From the NCBI RefSeq assembly GCF_011386835.1, contig NC_088794.1, positions 3,968,001-4,032,000 of the forward strand: a stretch of 64,000 nucleotides of DNA. Direction: 5' to 3'. Shown here in pieces: positions 1-10,946 of the stretch. Origin of the DNA: Chrysemys picta bellii (Eukaryota). The notes under the pieces are model-generated. The model was given only the letters and a program-made list of their open reading frames with translations. It was not told the origin of the DNA and did no database searches. The position numbers and the translations under genes are program-made. Every line of letters begins with the position of its first letter. The first letter of the stretch is position 1.

Positions 1-459
1 AAATCCCTGTCCTAAGCCCTACAGTAACACAAACACTAATAATACTGATTTTGAAACTGAGGCTTCTAAACCCCCTAGGCCGATCTGCCACTGTAGCCTG
101 GACACCTCAGCATTTGGGGCAGTTTGCTGGGGGGGGTGGCGGATTCCCATAGGGTGGCGCGATTCCCATAGGGTGGCCCATGACTGTCCTTGGCACAGAT
201 CTTTCTGCTGCCCAGACCCCGGCCAAGATCAGGGCCCCGTGGCGCCCGGTGCTGCCCAGACCCCGGCCAAGTTCAGGGCCCTGTCGTGCCGGGCACTGCC
301 CAGACCCCAACCAACAGTGCTCCATAGTGAGAGATCGGCCATGCCCTGCAGAGCCCACACGCTAAACAGACAAGACAAAGAGCGGAAGGGAACCAGTTGC
401 ACTGACCGGAGAAGCTACATGCCCAAGGTCACCCAGCAAGACAATGCCAGGGCCAGGGA

Positions 460-780
460 GAGAACCCAGGAGTTCTGGCTCCCAGCCCCCCTGCTCTAAC
501 CCATTAGTCCCCACTCCCCTCCCAGAGCTGGGGAGAGAACCCAGGAGTTCTGGCTCCCAGCCCCTCTGCTCTAACCCATTAGTCCCCACTCCCCTCCCAG
601 AGCTGGGGAGAGAACCCAGGAGTCCTGGTTCCCAGCTCCCACTGCTCTAACCCACCAGCCCCCACTCCCCTGCCAGAGCTGGGGAGAGAACCCAGGAGTT
701 CTGGCTCCCAGCCCCCTCTGTTCTAACCCACTAGTCCCCACTCCCCTCTCAGAGCCGGGGAGAGAACCCAGAAGTCCTCC
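460..780. repeat. Tandem array of ~70-bp tRNA/MIR-head-derived unit (AGAACCCAGGAGTCCTGGCTCCCAG...CTCTAACC)
   Basis: About 4 near-identical units, directly preceded by MIR-like 'cccaaggtcacccagc'. Confidence 0.85.
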
Positions 781-1328
781 CCCTGCCTCAAACTAGAACC
801 ACCACCCATATTTTTAACCCAGCCTCCTAATTAACCGATGGAGCCGATTGCCACGGGTGCTGGTGGAGTCTCTGCCGCTCGGAGTCCTTAAACGACAACC
901 CGGCGTCTCGCTCGAGCTCGACCACCCGCCATGGACTGGATGTGGGAATCACAGGGCGAGGTTCTCTGCTCCGTAAGTCAGATCACGATGGTCCCTTCTG
1001 GCCGTGTCATCTGCCATCGGTGCCGAGAGCCTCTGTGGCTCATACTCAGGTGCGTCAAGGTTAGACTCCATCTATGAACCCCACCAAAGCTACCACCTAC
1101 CCCCCATCATCGTCCCTTCTCAGCCTAAAGATCCAAGAAACCTCCATGGTCCCCCATGGCTCTGAAAACCCATAACCCCTCGCCCAATACTTCCCCATGG
1201 CCCTACAGAGCCATGCTCCCTAAGCTACAACTAACCCCATAACTAGCTCCACCGCTTCCTGCTGTCCCCCTCTATAGCCGTGGCCAGCCACAGACCCGCC
1301 GTCTCCCCTGCGGCCCCGCCCCACCCGC

Positions 1329-3214
1329 TCATGCGTGGAGTTTCTGGTGGGCCCGGAGGTGAGTCCGAGCCCGGAAGCTCTTCCCGCACTCGGCACAGGG
1401 GTACGGGCGCTCCCCGGTGTGGATCCGCAGGTGCTGCCGGAGGTTGGAGCTGACGGTGAAGCCTTTGCCGCAGTGAGGGCAGGGGAAGGGCCTCTCCCCG
1501 GTGTGGGAGCGCTGGTGGATGAGGAGGTGGGTGCTGACGGCAAAGGCCTTGCCGCACTGGCCGCACCGGTACGGCTTCTCGCCACGGTGAGTCCGCTGGT
1601 GCTGGGCCAGGTTGGAGCCGCGGCTGAAGGCCCTGCCGCACTGGCTGCAGCGGTGCGGCTTCTCGCCGGAATGGGCCCGCTGGTGCCGCGTCAGGTTGGA
1701 GCGCAGGCCGAAGCGCCGCCCACACTGAGCGCACTGGTGGGGCCTCTCCTCGGTGTGGCTGCGCCGGTGCTGGGCCAGCTTGGCGGCCTCGGCGAAGCCG
1801 GCCCCACACTCGGCACAGCGGTACGGCCGCTCCTCTGTGTGCCCGCGCAGGTGCACCAGCAGGTGGGAGCTGACGCCGTAGGCCTTGCCGCAAACGCCGC
1901 AGCGGTAGGGGCGCTCGTCCGTGTGCCCACGCCGGTGCCGGGCCAGCTGGGAGCGGGCGGCGAAGGTTTGGCCACAGTCGGCACAGGAGTGGGGCTCGCC
2001 GGGTGCGTGGCAGGCCCGGCGGTGCTGAGCCAGCCGCCGGGCGTGGCGAAAGGCCCGCCCGCAGTCGGCGCACCGGTGCAGCTCAGCGCCGCGGTGAGTC
2101 TCTTGGTGACGCCGGAGATTGGCCTTCTGGCTGAAGCCGCGGCCGCACTGGGCGCACCGGTGGGGCCGCTCGCCTGTGTGGGTCAGCTGGTGCTTCGCCA
2201 GGTTCGACCGCTCACTGAACCCTTTGCCGCACTGCGGGCACCGGTGGGGCTTCTCGGCCAGGTGACTCTTGCCGTGCTGGGCCAGGGCCGAGGCGGTCCC
2301 GTAGGCCTTGCCGCAGTCAGTGCAGCGGTGCGGCCTGTCGGCCAGGTGGGCCTGGCGGTGCCGGTTGAGGGTGGAGCTCTGGCCGAAGGACTTGCCACAA
2401 TCCGGGCACCCATAGGGGCGCTCGCCCGTGTGGGTGCGTTGGTGCTTGACGCAGGACGAGCTGCGGGAGAAGGCTTTGCCGCATTCGCCGCAGCGGTACG
2501 GGCGCTCCCGGCAAGCAGGAGCAGGGGGAGTTACCGGCTTGGTGGCTTCATCCTCCTCGGCCTTGGAGATAGGGAAAGGCATCAGGGTCAAGGGTTCCCC
2601 TCGGGCTTTCACGTCAACATCCCCGTTGAGAGGCTCCATCTTGGCCATGGTCATCCATGTTGCATGTCCCTCTTGGGCCTTTGTGTAAACAGACCCTTCG
2701 GGTGGCAGCATCCTGGTGTCTTCGGCCTCCTCCTCTGTCTTAGGGACAGGCAATGAATCTGAGGCTACACGTTCCGGCTGGCCCACACCAGGAACATCCA
2801 TGTTTGGAGGCATCATCTTGGCCATAGTCATCCATGGTGAACATCCCCCTTGTGCCTTCACAGCAACATCCCCGTTGAGAGGCTCCATCTTGGCAGTCTC
2901 CTCCTCCTCTTCGACCTTAGGGACAGTCGGTGAGACGGAGGCTGAACGTCCCCATTGGCCCTTTCCAGGAATGTCCATATTGGGAGTCAACATGTTGGCC
3001 ACGGTCATCCATACTGCCTGCCCCCTGGTGGTCTCCACAACAACATCCCCTCTGAGACACGCCATCTTGAGGACTTCCTCCTCCTCCGTCTTGGGGCCGG
3101 TCAATGACACGGAGGCCAGGCCTCTCTCTTGGGCATTTCCGGGAACTTCCCGGATTGGTGGAGCCATCTCAGCAGCTCTGTTGTCCTCCTCGGGCTGACA
3201 TCTGGGCCCATGAC
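1329..3214 (-). CDS. C2H2 zinc-finger gene 1, large terminal coding exon (acidic repeated N-terminal spacer plus 14 C2H2 fingers)
   Basis: ORF 1329..3272 encodes 14 CxxC...HxxxH fingers with TGE[R/K]P-type linkers. Splice acceptor cttgcttgttcctcAG|GTCAT at 3215/3214 (phase 1); stop at 1329. Confidence 0.9.
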
Positions 3215-3539
3215 CTGAGGAACAAGCAAGGGGGTGTTGAGTACAAGGGCCGCCAGAGAACGCCGGCCACACACTGACACCGTCATGGGAGCGTCCTGCT
3301 CCTCAGCCCATGCACGAGAGTCTGGGGACAGGAGGAGAAAGACATTGAACTGGGGACAGTTCCGCTCATGCTCCCTGGCGACCCAAGACACACGGGGGGT
3401 TCTGTCTGGAGAGAGGTGGGACCAATTGGGGACTGTGTGTCTTAGAGACGAGACGGAAAAGAAGGCATGATACGCCTTCGTCCATCCATCTTCCTACCCA
3501 TCCAGCCACGTACATGACCATCTCACCTATCCCCATACG

Positions 3540-5105
3540 CACTTCTCTATCCATTTATCCATCCAACCCCCAAAAAATCCATCCATCCCCCCCACGCCTC
3601 TCTATCCAAGTATCTATCCACATCCATCCCCCCATCTATCCATCCCCTCCACCCCCACCTCTCTATCCATGTATCTATCCCCATCCATCCCCCCATCTAT
3701 CCATCCATCCCCCCACCTCTCTATCCATGTATCTATCCCCATCCATCCCCCCATCTATCCATCCATCCCCCCGCACCTCTCTATCCATGTATCTATCCCA
3801 TCCATCCCCCCATCTATCCATCCATCCACCCGCACCTCTCTATCCATGTATCTATCCCATCCATCCCCCCATCTATCCATCCATCCCCCCCACACCTCTC
3901 TATCCATGTATCTATCCCATCCATCCCCCCATCTATCCATCCATCCACCCGCACCTCTCTATCCATGTATCTATCCCCATCCATCCCCCCATCTATCCAT
4001 CCATCCCCCCACCTCTCTATCCATGTATCTATCCCCATCCATCTATCCATCCATCTATCCATCCACCCCCTCCACCTCTCTATCTATCCCCATCCATCCC
4101 CCCACACCTCTCCATCCATCTATCCCCATCCATCCCCCCATCTATCCATCCATCCCCCCGCACCTCTCTATCCATGTATCTATCCCATCCATCCATCCCC
4201 CCTACCTCTCTATCCATGTATCTATCCCCATCCATCCCCCCATCTATCCATCCATCCACCCCCACCTCTCTATCCATGAATTTATCCCCATCCATCCCCC
4301 CATCTATCCATCCATCCCCCCGCACCTCTCTATCCATGTATCTATCCCCATCCATCCCCCCATCTATCCATCCATCCCCCCGCACCTCTCTATCCATGTA
4401 TCTATCCCATCCATCCCCCCATCTATCCATCCATCCCCCCCGCACCTCTCTATCCATGTATCTATCCCATCCATCCATCCACCCCCACCTCTCTATCCAT
4501 GAATTTATCCCCATCCATCCCCCCATCTATCCATCCATCCCCCCACACCTCTCTATCCATGTATCTATCCCATCCATCCCCCCATCTATCCATCCATCCC
4601 CCCCACACCTCTCTATCCATGTATCTATCCACATCCATCCCTTCATCTATCCATCCATCCCCCCCACCTCTCTATCCATGTATTTATCCCCATCCATCCC
4701 CCCATCTATCCATCCATCCCCCCCACCTCTCTATCCATGTATCTATCCATCCATCCCCCACGCCTCTCTAGCCATGTATCTATCCCCATCCATCCTCCCA
4801 TCTATCCATCCATCCACCCGCACCTCTCTATCCATGTATCTATCCCCATCCATCCCCCCATCTATCCATCCATCCCCCCGCACCTCTCTATCCATGTATC
4901 TATCCCATCCATCCATCCCCCCTACCTCTCTATCCAAGTATCTATCCCCATCCATCCCCCCATCTATCCATTCACCCCCCCACCTCTCTATCCATGTATC
5001 TATCCCCATCCATCCCCCCATCTATCCATCCACCCTCCCACCTCTCTATCCATGTGTCTATCCCCATCCATCCTCCCATCTAACCATCCATTCCCCACGC
5101 CTCTC
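3540..5105. repeat. Pyrimidine-rich (CCAT/CTAT-based) compound minisatellite in the intron of ZNF gene 1
   Basis: Repeating 'cacctctctatccatgtatctatccccatccatccccccatctatccatccatcc' units of ~55-60 bp. Confidence 0.95.
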
Positions 5106-5109
5106 TAGG

Positions 5110-5965
5110 TGTGGGGAAGGTGGGATGAGGAAGGCAGATGCGGGGAGGGAGGGTGGGGACAGGGGGTGCGGGGAAGGAGGATTGGGGATAAGGGGTTGCG
5201 GGATGAGGCCGGGGGTGCAGGGATGGGGAAGGCGGGATGAGGATGGGAGGTGCGGGGAGGGTGGGGACAGGAGGGAGCGGGGGCGGGGAGGGGTGGATGC
5301 AGACGGGGGTGCAGGGATGCGGGGATGGGGTGGGGGAGGGAGGTGTGAGGGAAGGGGGTGCAGGGGAATGGGGGAGGGAGGAATGGGGATGGGGTTCGGG
5401 GGGGGTGCGGGATGGGGTTCGGGGAGTGTGGGGAGGGGTTGCAGGGGGACAGAGAGGTGCGGGGAGGAGGTGCAGGGGGATGGGAGGGACAGATGCAGAC
5501 GGGGATGCGTGGAGGGGGTGCAGGGGGATGGGGGAGGAAGGGACGGGGACGCGGGATGGGGAGCGGGGGTGCGGGGACGTGGTTTAGGGCGTGCGGGGAG
5601 GGGTTACATGGCGACAGAGGGGTGCGGGATGGGGTGCAGGGGGACGGGGGGCAGGGAGGGGTTCCATGGGAACAGAGGGGTTCAGAGGAGTGCGGGGGTG
5701 CGGGAGGGGGAGCAGGGGTGCGGGGACGTGGTTTGGGGCGTGCGGGGAGGAGTTACATGGGGACAGAGGGGTGCGGGATGGGGTGCAGGGGGACGGGGGG
5801 CAGGGAGGGGTTCCATGGGAACAGAGGGGTTCAGAGGAGTGCGGGGGTGCGGGAGGGGGAGCAGGGGTGCGGGGACGGGGTTTGGGGTGTGCGGGGAGGG
5901 GTTACATGGGGACGGAGGGGTACGGGATGGGGTGCAGGGGGACGGGAGTGCGGGATGGGGTGCAG
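5110..5965. repeat. G-rich low-complexity/tandem repeat
   Basis: Repeating gggggtgcggga/ggggtgcagggg motifs with ~180-bp higher-order copies at about 5590-5950. Confidence 0.85.
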
Positions 5966-5983
5966 GGGGCGGCGGGGGCTCAC

Positions 5984-6071
5984 CCAGGCACCCATCGGCC
6001 CTGGGGGCCCCGTCCCCGGCCGGGCGGGTGGCAGCGGCAGCCGGCTCCGTGCTCGGGGGTCCCGACTCCAT
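5984..6071 (-). CDS. Probable first coding exon of ZNF gene 1 ([30 protein letters not shown])
   Basis: CpG-rich segment with ATG at 6071 and donor G|GTGAGC at 5984/5983. The 88 nt length gives phase 1, matching the acceptor at 3214. Confidence 0.6.
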
Positions 6072-7093
6072 GCAGCGACCCCCCCGCTCCCCGCCGCCGC
6101 TTGAGGGGCAGGAAGCAGCCGATAAGGACCGGCCCTTGCAAAGCACCATGGGGAGTGTAGTTTCCCAGGCACGGGAAGTGATGGTGGGAGGGGCTGTCCC
6201 AGGGCTCGTTGTGTCCATGGGACCCAGGAGTCCCGGCTCCCAGCCCCGCCCCCCCCTTTAACCCACTAGACCCAACGCCTCTCCCAGGGTGGGAGACAGA
6301 ACCCAGGAGTCCTGGCTCCCCTGTGTTCAGCCTTTCACAGCCGTGCCCAGCCAGGGACTCCAGTGCTGCGAGCTTCCCCACAGCAGTGCCCCAAGCCCAG
6401 CTCGGGCTTCTCTCCCCCAGGGCCTATCTAGCCCGGTATCCCGCCCCCTCCCTGCGGCCAGAATCAGCCCCACCGCCCTAGCTCCCAGCAGTCGGTACAA
6501 GCTGCTGCTCTAGAGAAAACTGCAAAGTGCCCCTCCCCATAGGGGAAAATGTATTCCCAAACCCCATATTTCAAGCTTGGTTTAGGCCCAGAATTTCCAG
6601 GCGAGAAGCCTTGGCTAGTTTTGTAATCCTGGTCCTTACAAATGTGGATGTTCTGGCTGCCTATATGAAATCCCCAGTCCTTCTGGGAATCTTGCGACAC
6701 CTCGTCATGTGGAGGTGAGTTCCGCAGGTTAACGGCCTGCTCCGATCCCCTGGAGTCTTCTGCTCAGGTAACACACACTGTCCTGCTTCTGTCTAGCAGA
6801 GGGCAGCCCTGCTCACTCGCTCTCCCCACACACTGCAGGATAAATACACATATTGTTTCTTCTCCGAAAATCACTTGCACGCATTTTCTATACGTATGAG
6901 GAGAAAGTCCAAAAACGACTGGAGGGGATCAGGGTCACCCGTGTGTGTGTCCGTGTGTCCAGGGCCCCACGAAACCTTAATCCGCCTCCGAATATATGTC
7001 GTGTTAAACAGACACCCAATAGTCACCTTTCTAATCCGTCTCACACACAAACACACGCACAATTTGCATTTGAAGCCGAGAGTCACACCGCCG

Positions 7094-7302
7094 TAGCCTT
7101 GGCAGTGTTCGATTTTTACTCTTTTATAATTTAGGTGGATAGCGATGTTTATTTTTATGCCTTTTTTTTTTTTTACTTTTATCAGTTTAAACATTCAGTT
7201 GTATTTTGCAAAATTTGATGATCACTGGAAATAGTTTTGGGCTGTGGGTGGATATGGTGAAGTCGACATTTACCGATAAAAATCAAATCCTTGCAAAGTC
7301 TA
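7094..7302. mobile_element. Short non-autonomous DNA transposon-like element (AT-rich, TIR ~ggcttggcag...tccttccaagcc family)
   Basis: Ends tagccttggcag / aaatccttgcaaagtcta. Internal similarity to the copy at 63212-63950. Confidence 0.45.
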
Positions 7303-7592
7303 GACAGACGCACTCCGCATTCTCGCCTCACACACAGATACACCATTGATATTTTGACGCACACGCATTTTATAATCCTAATCTCTCTCCCACACACACA
7401 AATAACTCACCTTTCGACTCTGGCACACAGACACAGTGTATTTTGAATCACACATCTGCACACGTCACATGGCTCTTCTCACACAGGTCTGTGTGTGTGT
7501 GGGGGGGTGTTGCTTGTCCATTTATCCTGGCTGCCCATCATCACTGTGTCTGGGCGCCTTCTGGGTAAAATCTATAGCACTCGCAAGACACC

Positions 7593-7965
7593 TAGAATCA
7601 TAGAAGATCAGGGTTGGAAGGGACCTCAGGAGGTCATCTAGTCCAACCCCCTGCTCAAAGCAGGACCAATCCCCAACTAAATCATCCCAGCCAGGGCTTT
7701 GTCAAGCCGGGCCTTAAAAACCTCTAAGGAAGGAGATTCCACCACCTCCCTAAGGAACCCATTCCAGTGCTTCACCACCCTCCTAGTGAAATAGTGTTTC
7801 CTAATATCCAACCTAGACCTCCCCCACTGCAACTTGAGACCATTGCTCCTTGTTCTGTCATCTGCCACCACTGAGAAGAGCCGAGCTCCATCCTCTTTGG
7901 AACCCCCCTTCCAGTAGTTGAAGGCTGCTATCAAATCCCCCCCCACTTCTTTTCTGCAGACGAAA
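7593..7965 (-). mobile_element. CR1 LINE 3' fragment
   Basis: Minus-strand ORF 7677..8051 contains [40 protein letters not shown] (CR1 ORF2 C-terminus). Terminal tagaatcatagaa repeat. Confidence 0.92.
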
Positions 7966-8083
7966 TGACCCCAGCTAGATAGAAACCTGATAGATTTCAC
8001 ACAGTCTCTGGCACGTCTAAGTTTTGGGGGTGAAAGCCCTGCTAGCGGCATGCTTTGGGGGTTGCTTGATTGATTTTCTTAGC

Positions 8084-8167
8084 GAGACAAGGTGGGCGTG
8101 GGACTATCTTTTTTTGGACCAGCTTCTGTTGGCGAGAGAAACCAGCTTTTGAGCTTACACCGAGCTC
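8084..8167 (-). mobile_element. Truncated Penelope-like terminal-repeat fragment (degenerate hammerhead stem II)
   Basis: Reverse complement gagctcggtgtaagctcaaaagctggtttctctcgccaacagaagctggtcc... resembles reptile PLE ends. The CUGANGA core is missing. Confidence 0.45.
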
Positions 8168-8273
8168 GAGGGTTATTGGCTTGGGGTTATTTTCAGGGCG
8201 CTTTTGAATATATGGGACATCAAGGTGGATGTCATATTTCCGTGTGTGAGAGAGAGCCAGGGAGACCAGCACA

Positions 8274-8290
8274 CTGCCCCCTGCTGGTGG
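8274..8290 (-). promoter_or_regulatory. CTCF-like motif (CCACCAGCAGGGGGCAG)
   Basis: Close match to the CTCF core CCASYAGRKGGCRS. Confidence 0.45.
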
Positions 8291-8849
8291 AGAATTGCAG
8301 CCGTGTGTGTGTGTGTGTGTGTGTGTGTACACACATTACAGGTGAATCCTGCCCCATTGCACTCAATGGGAGCTTTGCCCCAGATCTCTGGGCACAGATA
8401 CACACTAACACACTCCAACACTCTTGATGTTTCTCTTAGAAAACTTTTAACAACCATCTCCCCTCTACCAACAAAAAGCCACAGTCCTCCGTCGTCATCC
8501 ACACGCTGGTTACATTCCTAGAATACAGGGCAAAGTCATTTACCACACACTGCTCATCCACAGAGCTAAAAAGGAGACAGTCACTAGGCGACAAATGCTA
8601 CCATGACATGAATCACAAACATAAATAAACCAGTCATTTCCAGCAGCTTAACCACACTGCTTCGCGTGTTAAGAGTGGAGGCTTTACTCGGCAGAGTAGT
8701 GAATGTTTAGCCCTGAGTCTATAGAGGAGTGCAAGAGACACTAGACTGTAATGAGACAGACAAGTAGACAGATAGAAGGGGTTGTGGGGGGCTGGATAGG
8801 TAGAAACACCACAATCTGAGATAGATCGATAGATAGAGGGAGTGGATGG

Positions 8850-8850
8850 G

Positions 8851-8890
<40 letters not shown>
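8850..8890. repeat. (TAGA)n microsatellite
   Basis: gatagataga tagatagata... run. Confidence 0.95.
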
Positions 8891-8892
<2 letters not shown>

Positions 8893-10723
8893 GAGAAAGT
8901 CAGAGTGTACAGCTAGACAAACAGACCAGAATCTAATGAGACAGACAGACACCGTGTGCATTATCAATAGGACGACAGAATTCATGTAGCAATTGTAACC
9001 CATGGCTCACTGTCAGAGCAGCTGTAAGATGTCCAGATCAGCCAGGCGGCATTGAAAGCCCAGCTCAGAATCTCCTTGCCCCAGAGCAACGTTGGCAGAC
9101 GAGTGATCCATGAGCACCCACCTCCTCGAGGCGGGACAGCGCGCCCTAGGCTGCAGTTCTGGCCCCCGCGAACGGAGAATCTCCTAGACGTTCGCACACT
9201 TCCAAGCTACATTGATCTGGGTTTTCTTTTCTAAAGCCCAGCTTTGTTTTTATTAACGCCATTCCCGTAACGGGCAAAAAACCCATCAGCGTCGCTGCAA
9301 ATCTGCCAAGTGCTCCTTTGAGGTTGTACAACGCTGGCCTCTGGGGGGCAACTTACATGAGAGGGGCGCTGGTCCTTCAAGGTGCAGAACCCCTCCTGGC
9401 CACCAGTAGTGCTAGAACGGCCCCGTCCCTGGGAGCTGCAATACACGTGGGACACCACCGGGGTGGGGGAAGGATGTCTGCCTCTGCAGAGCAGGGCTGT
9501 AGGGAGTGGAGAGAAAGCCTAGAGCAGGAAATATAGGGCTCAGTTAGGGGTCATTCGATTCAGCCCCACAGAGGTAGAGAACTAGACTGATTTTGATGGT
9601 CCGGCTGGCTTTCTTTATCCCCAGCACATGCTTCAGGGCCAGGCTGGCCTCCAGTGATTTTTGGGAGAGGGTGAAATTCTGCTTCCTTTTCACACCAGAC
9701 ATCACAAATTCCCAGTGACCAGTTTATTGGCTGGAGGAAATTGGCCAGTTTAGGTTGACATGGCATGGGGACAACACAGAAGGTCATTCTCTCCAGACAC
9801 TATCCATAACAGGGCATCATTCTCCCTGGCCCATTGCCTCATGGGAGAGCTAGACAGAGAGAGAGAGAAGCTGGGGGAAATCTTAGCTTCATTGTCTTTG
9901 CTCTAGTGATGCAAAAGCTGGAATCTCAACTTTTCTCCTCCAAAGGTCAGGGAAGCTTTTCATCAACAACTTGCAACATTTCAACCTTTTCCCATCAAAA
10001 TGTCAAATGTGGTTGATTGCAAGGTTTTCCCCCCAAAATTCGGAATCTCAGAACACCTCAAATGTTCACATTTCTCATCCACCTTCCAAACGTCGATCTT
10101 CTCGATGAGCATTTTGAAAGGCATTGAATTTTTTTCACTCTCCATTGAAACTTCTAGTGAAATTTTTCATCAGTTTCAAATTCCAAGAAAATATTTTCGA
10201 CATTTCAAATTTTGATATTTCTTTTCCATCCAGATCTCATTGTAATATTTTCATCAAAAATTGAATTGACACATTTCCCATCAATAAAAATGGTCAAAAA
10301 GGTCCAATTTCAGTAAAAATGTTCAACGTTTCTACAAAAAAAAAATCATCCATGTTTTGAATTTCAATATTTTTTCCATCAGTTTTTAATCTTATTGAAA
10401 TTTTTGCTCAAAAATTTGAATCGCAACATTTCGCATCCACAGTTCAAATTTCAGTGAAAACATTCATCAGCATTTCAAATTCACCGAAAAAACTTTCACT
10501 GACATTGTAAATTTCCGGTTTCCATCAGAATTTCAAATGTCATTAAAATATTTTCATCACAATTAAAATTCCAGTGCATTTTTCATCAATTTCAAATTTT
10601 AGAAAAGGTTTTTTTCATTGACATTTCAAATTGGGACATTTTTCATCAAAATTACATCTCTCTGAAATTTTTCCATCAAAATTTGAATTCCAACATTCTC
10701 ATGGATGCCTCAAATATCAATGA

Positions 10724-10946
10724 CAGGTTTCAGAGTAGCAGCCGTGTTAGTCTGTATCCACAAAAAGAACAGGAATACTTGTGGCACCTTAGAGACTAAC
10801 AAATTTATTAGAGCGTAAGCTTTCGTGGACTACAGCCCACTTCTTCGGATGCATATGCGAATGGATATGCATCCGAAGAAGTGGGCTGTAGTCCACGAAA
10901 GCTTACGCTCTAATAAATTTGTTAGTCTCTAAGGTGCCACAAGTAT
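10724..10946. mobile_element. Penelope-like element remnant with inverted terminal repeat (palindrome) and 14-bp TSD
   Basis: Direct repeat tcaaatatcaatga at 10710-10723 and 10947-10960. Perfect inverted arms 10773-10856 and 10865-10948 with an 8-nt spacer. Starts caggtttcagagtagcagccgtgttagtctg, typical of turtle PLE ends. Confidence 0.8.
10869..10908 (+). ncRNA. Minimal type-I hammerhead ribozyme-like motif (mirror copy on the - strand at 10813-10852)
   Basis: GCAT-CCGAAGA-A-GTGGGC(TGTA)GTCCAC-GAA-AGCT-T-ACGC: core variant, stem II, GAAA and palindromic stem III. Confidence 0.5.

Noticed and set aside
1335-2756. Long plus-strand ORFs antisense to ZNF exons (also 16177..17604 and 58036..59184)
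   Set aside because: Antisense frames of GC-rich C2H2 repeats are routinely stop-free; there is no independent coding signal.
3514-6261. 915-aa ORF and similar long ORFs at 13324-14466, 36725-37449, 38872-39495 and 59017-62609
   Set aside because: Translations of simple or tandem repeats lacking stop codons; low complexity, no domain.
6527-6718. 63-aa plus-strand ORF followed by a GTGAGT donor
   Set aside because: GTG start, no recognisable homology, and no compatible downstream exon identified.
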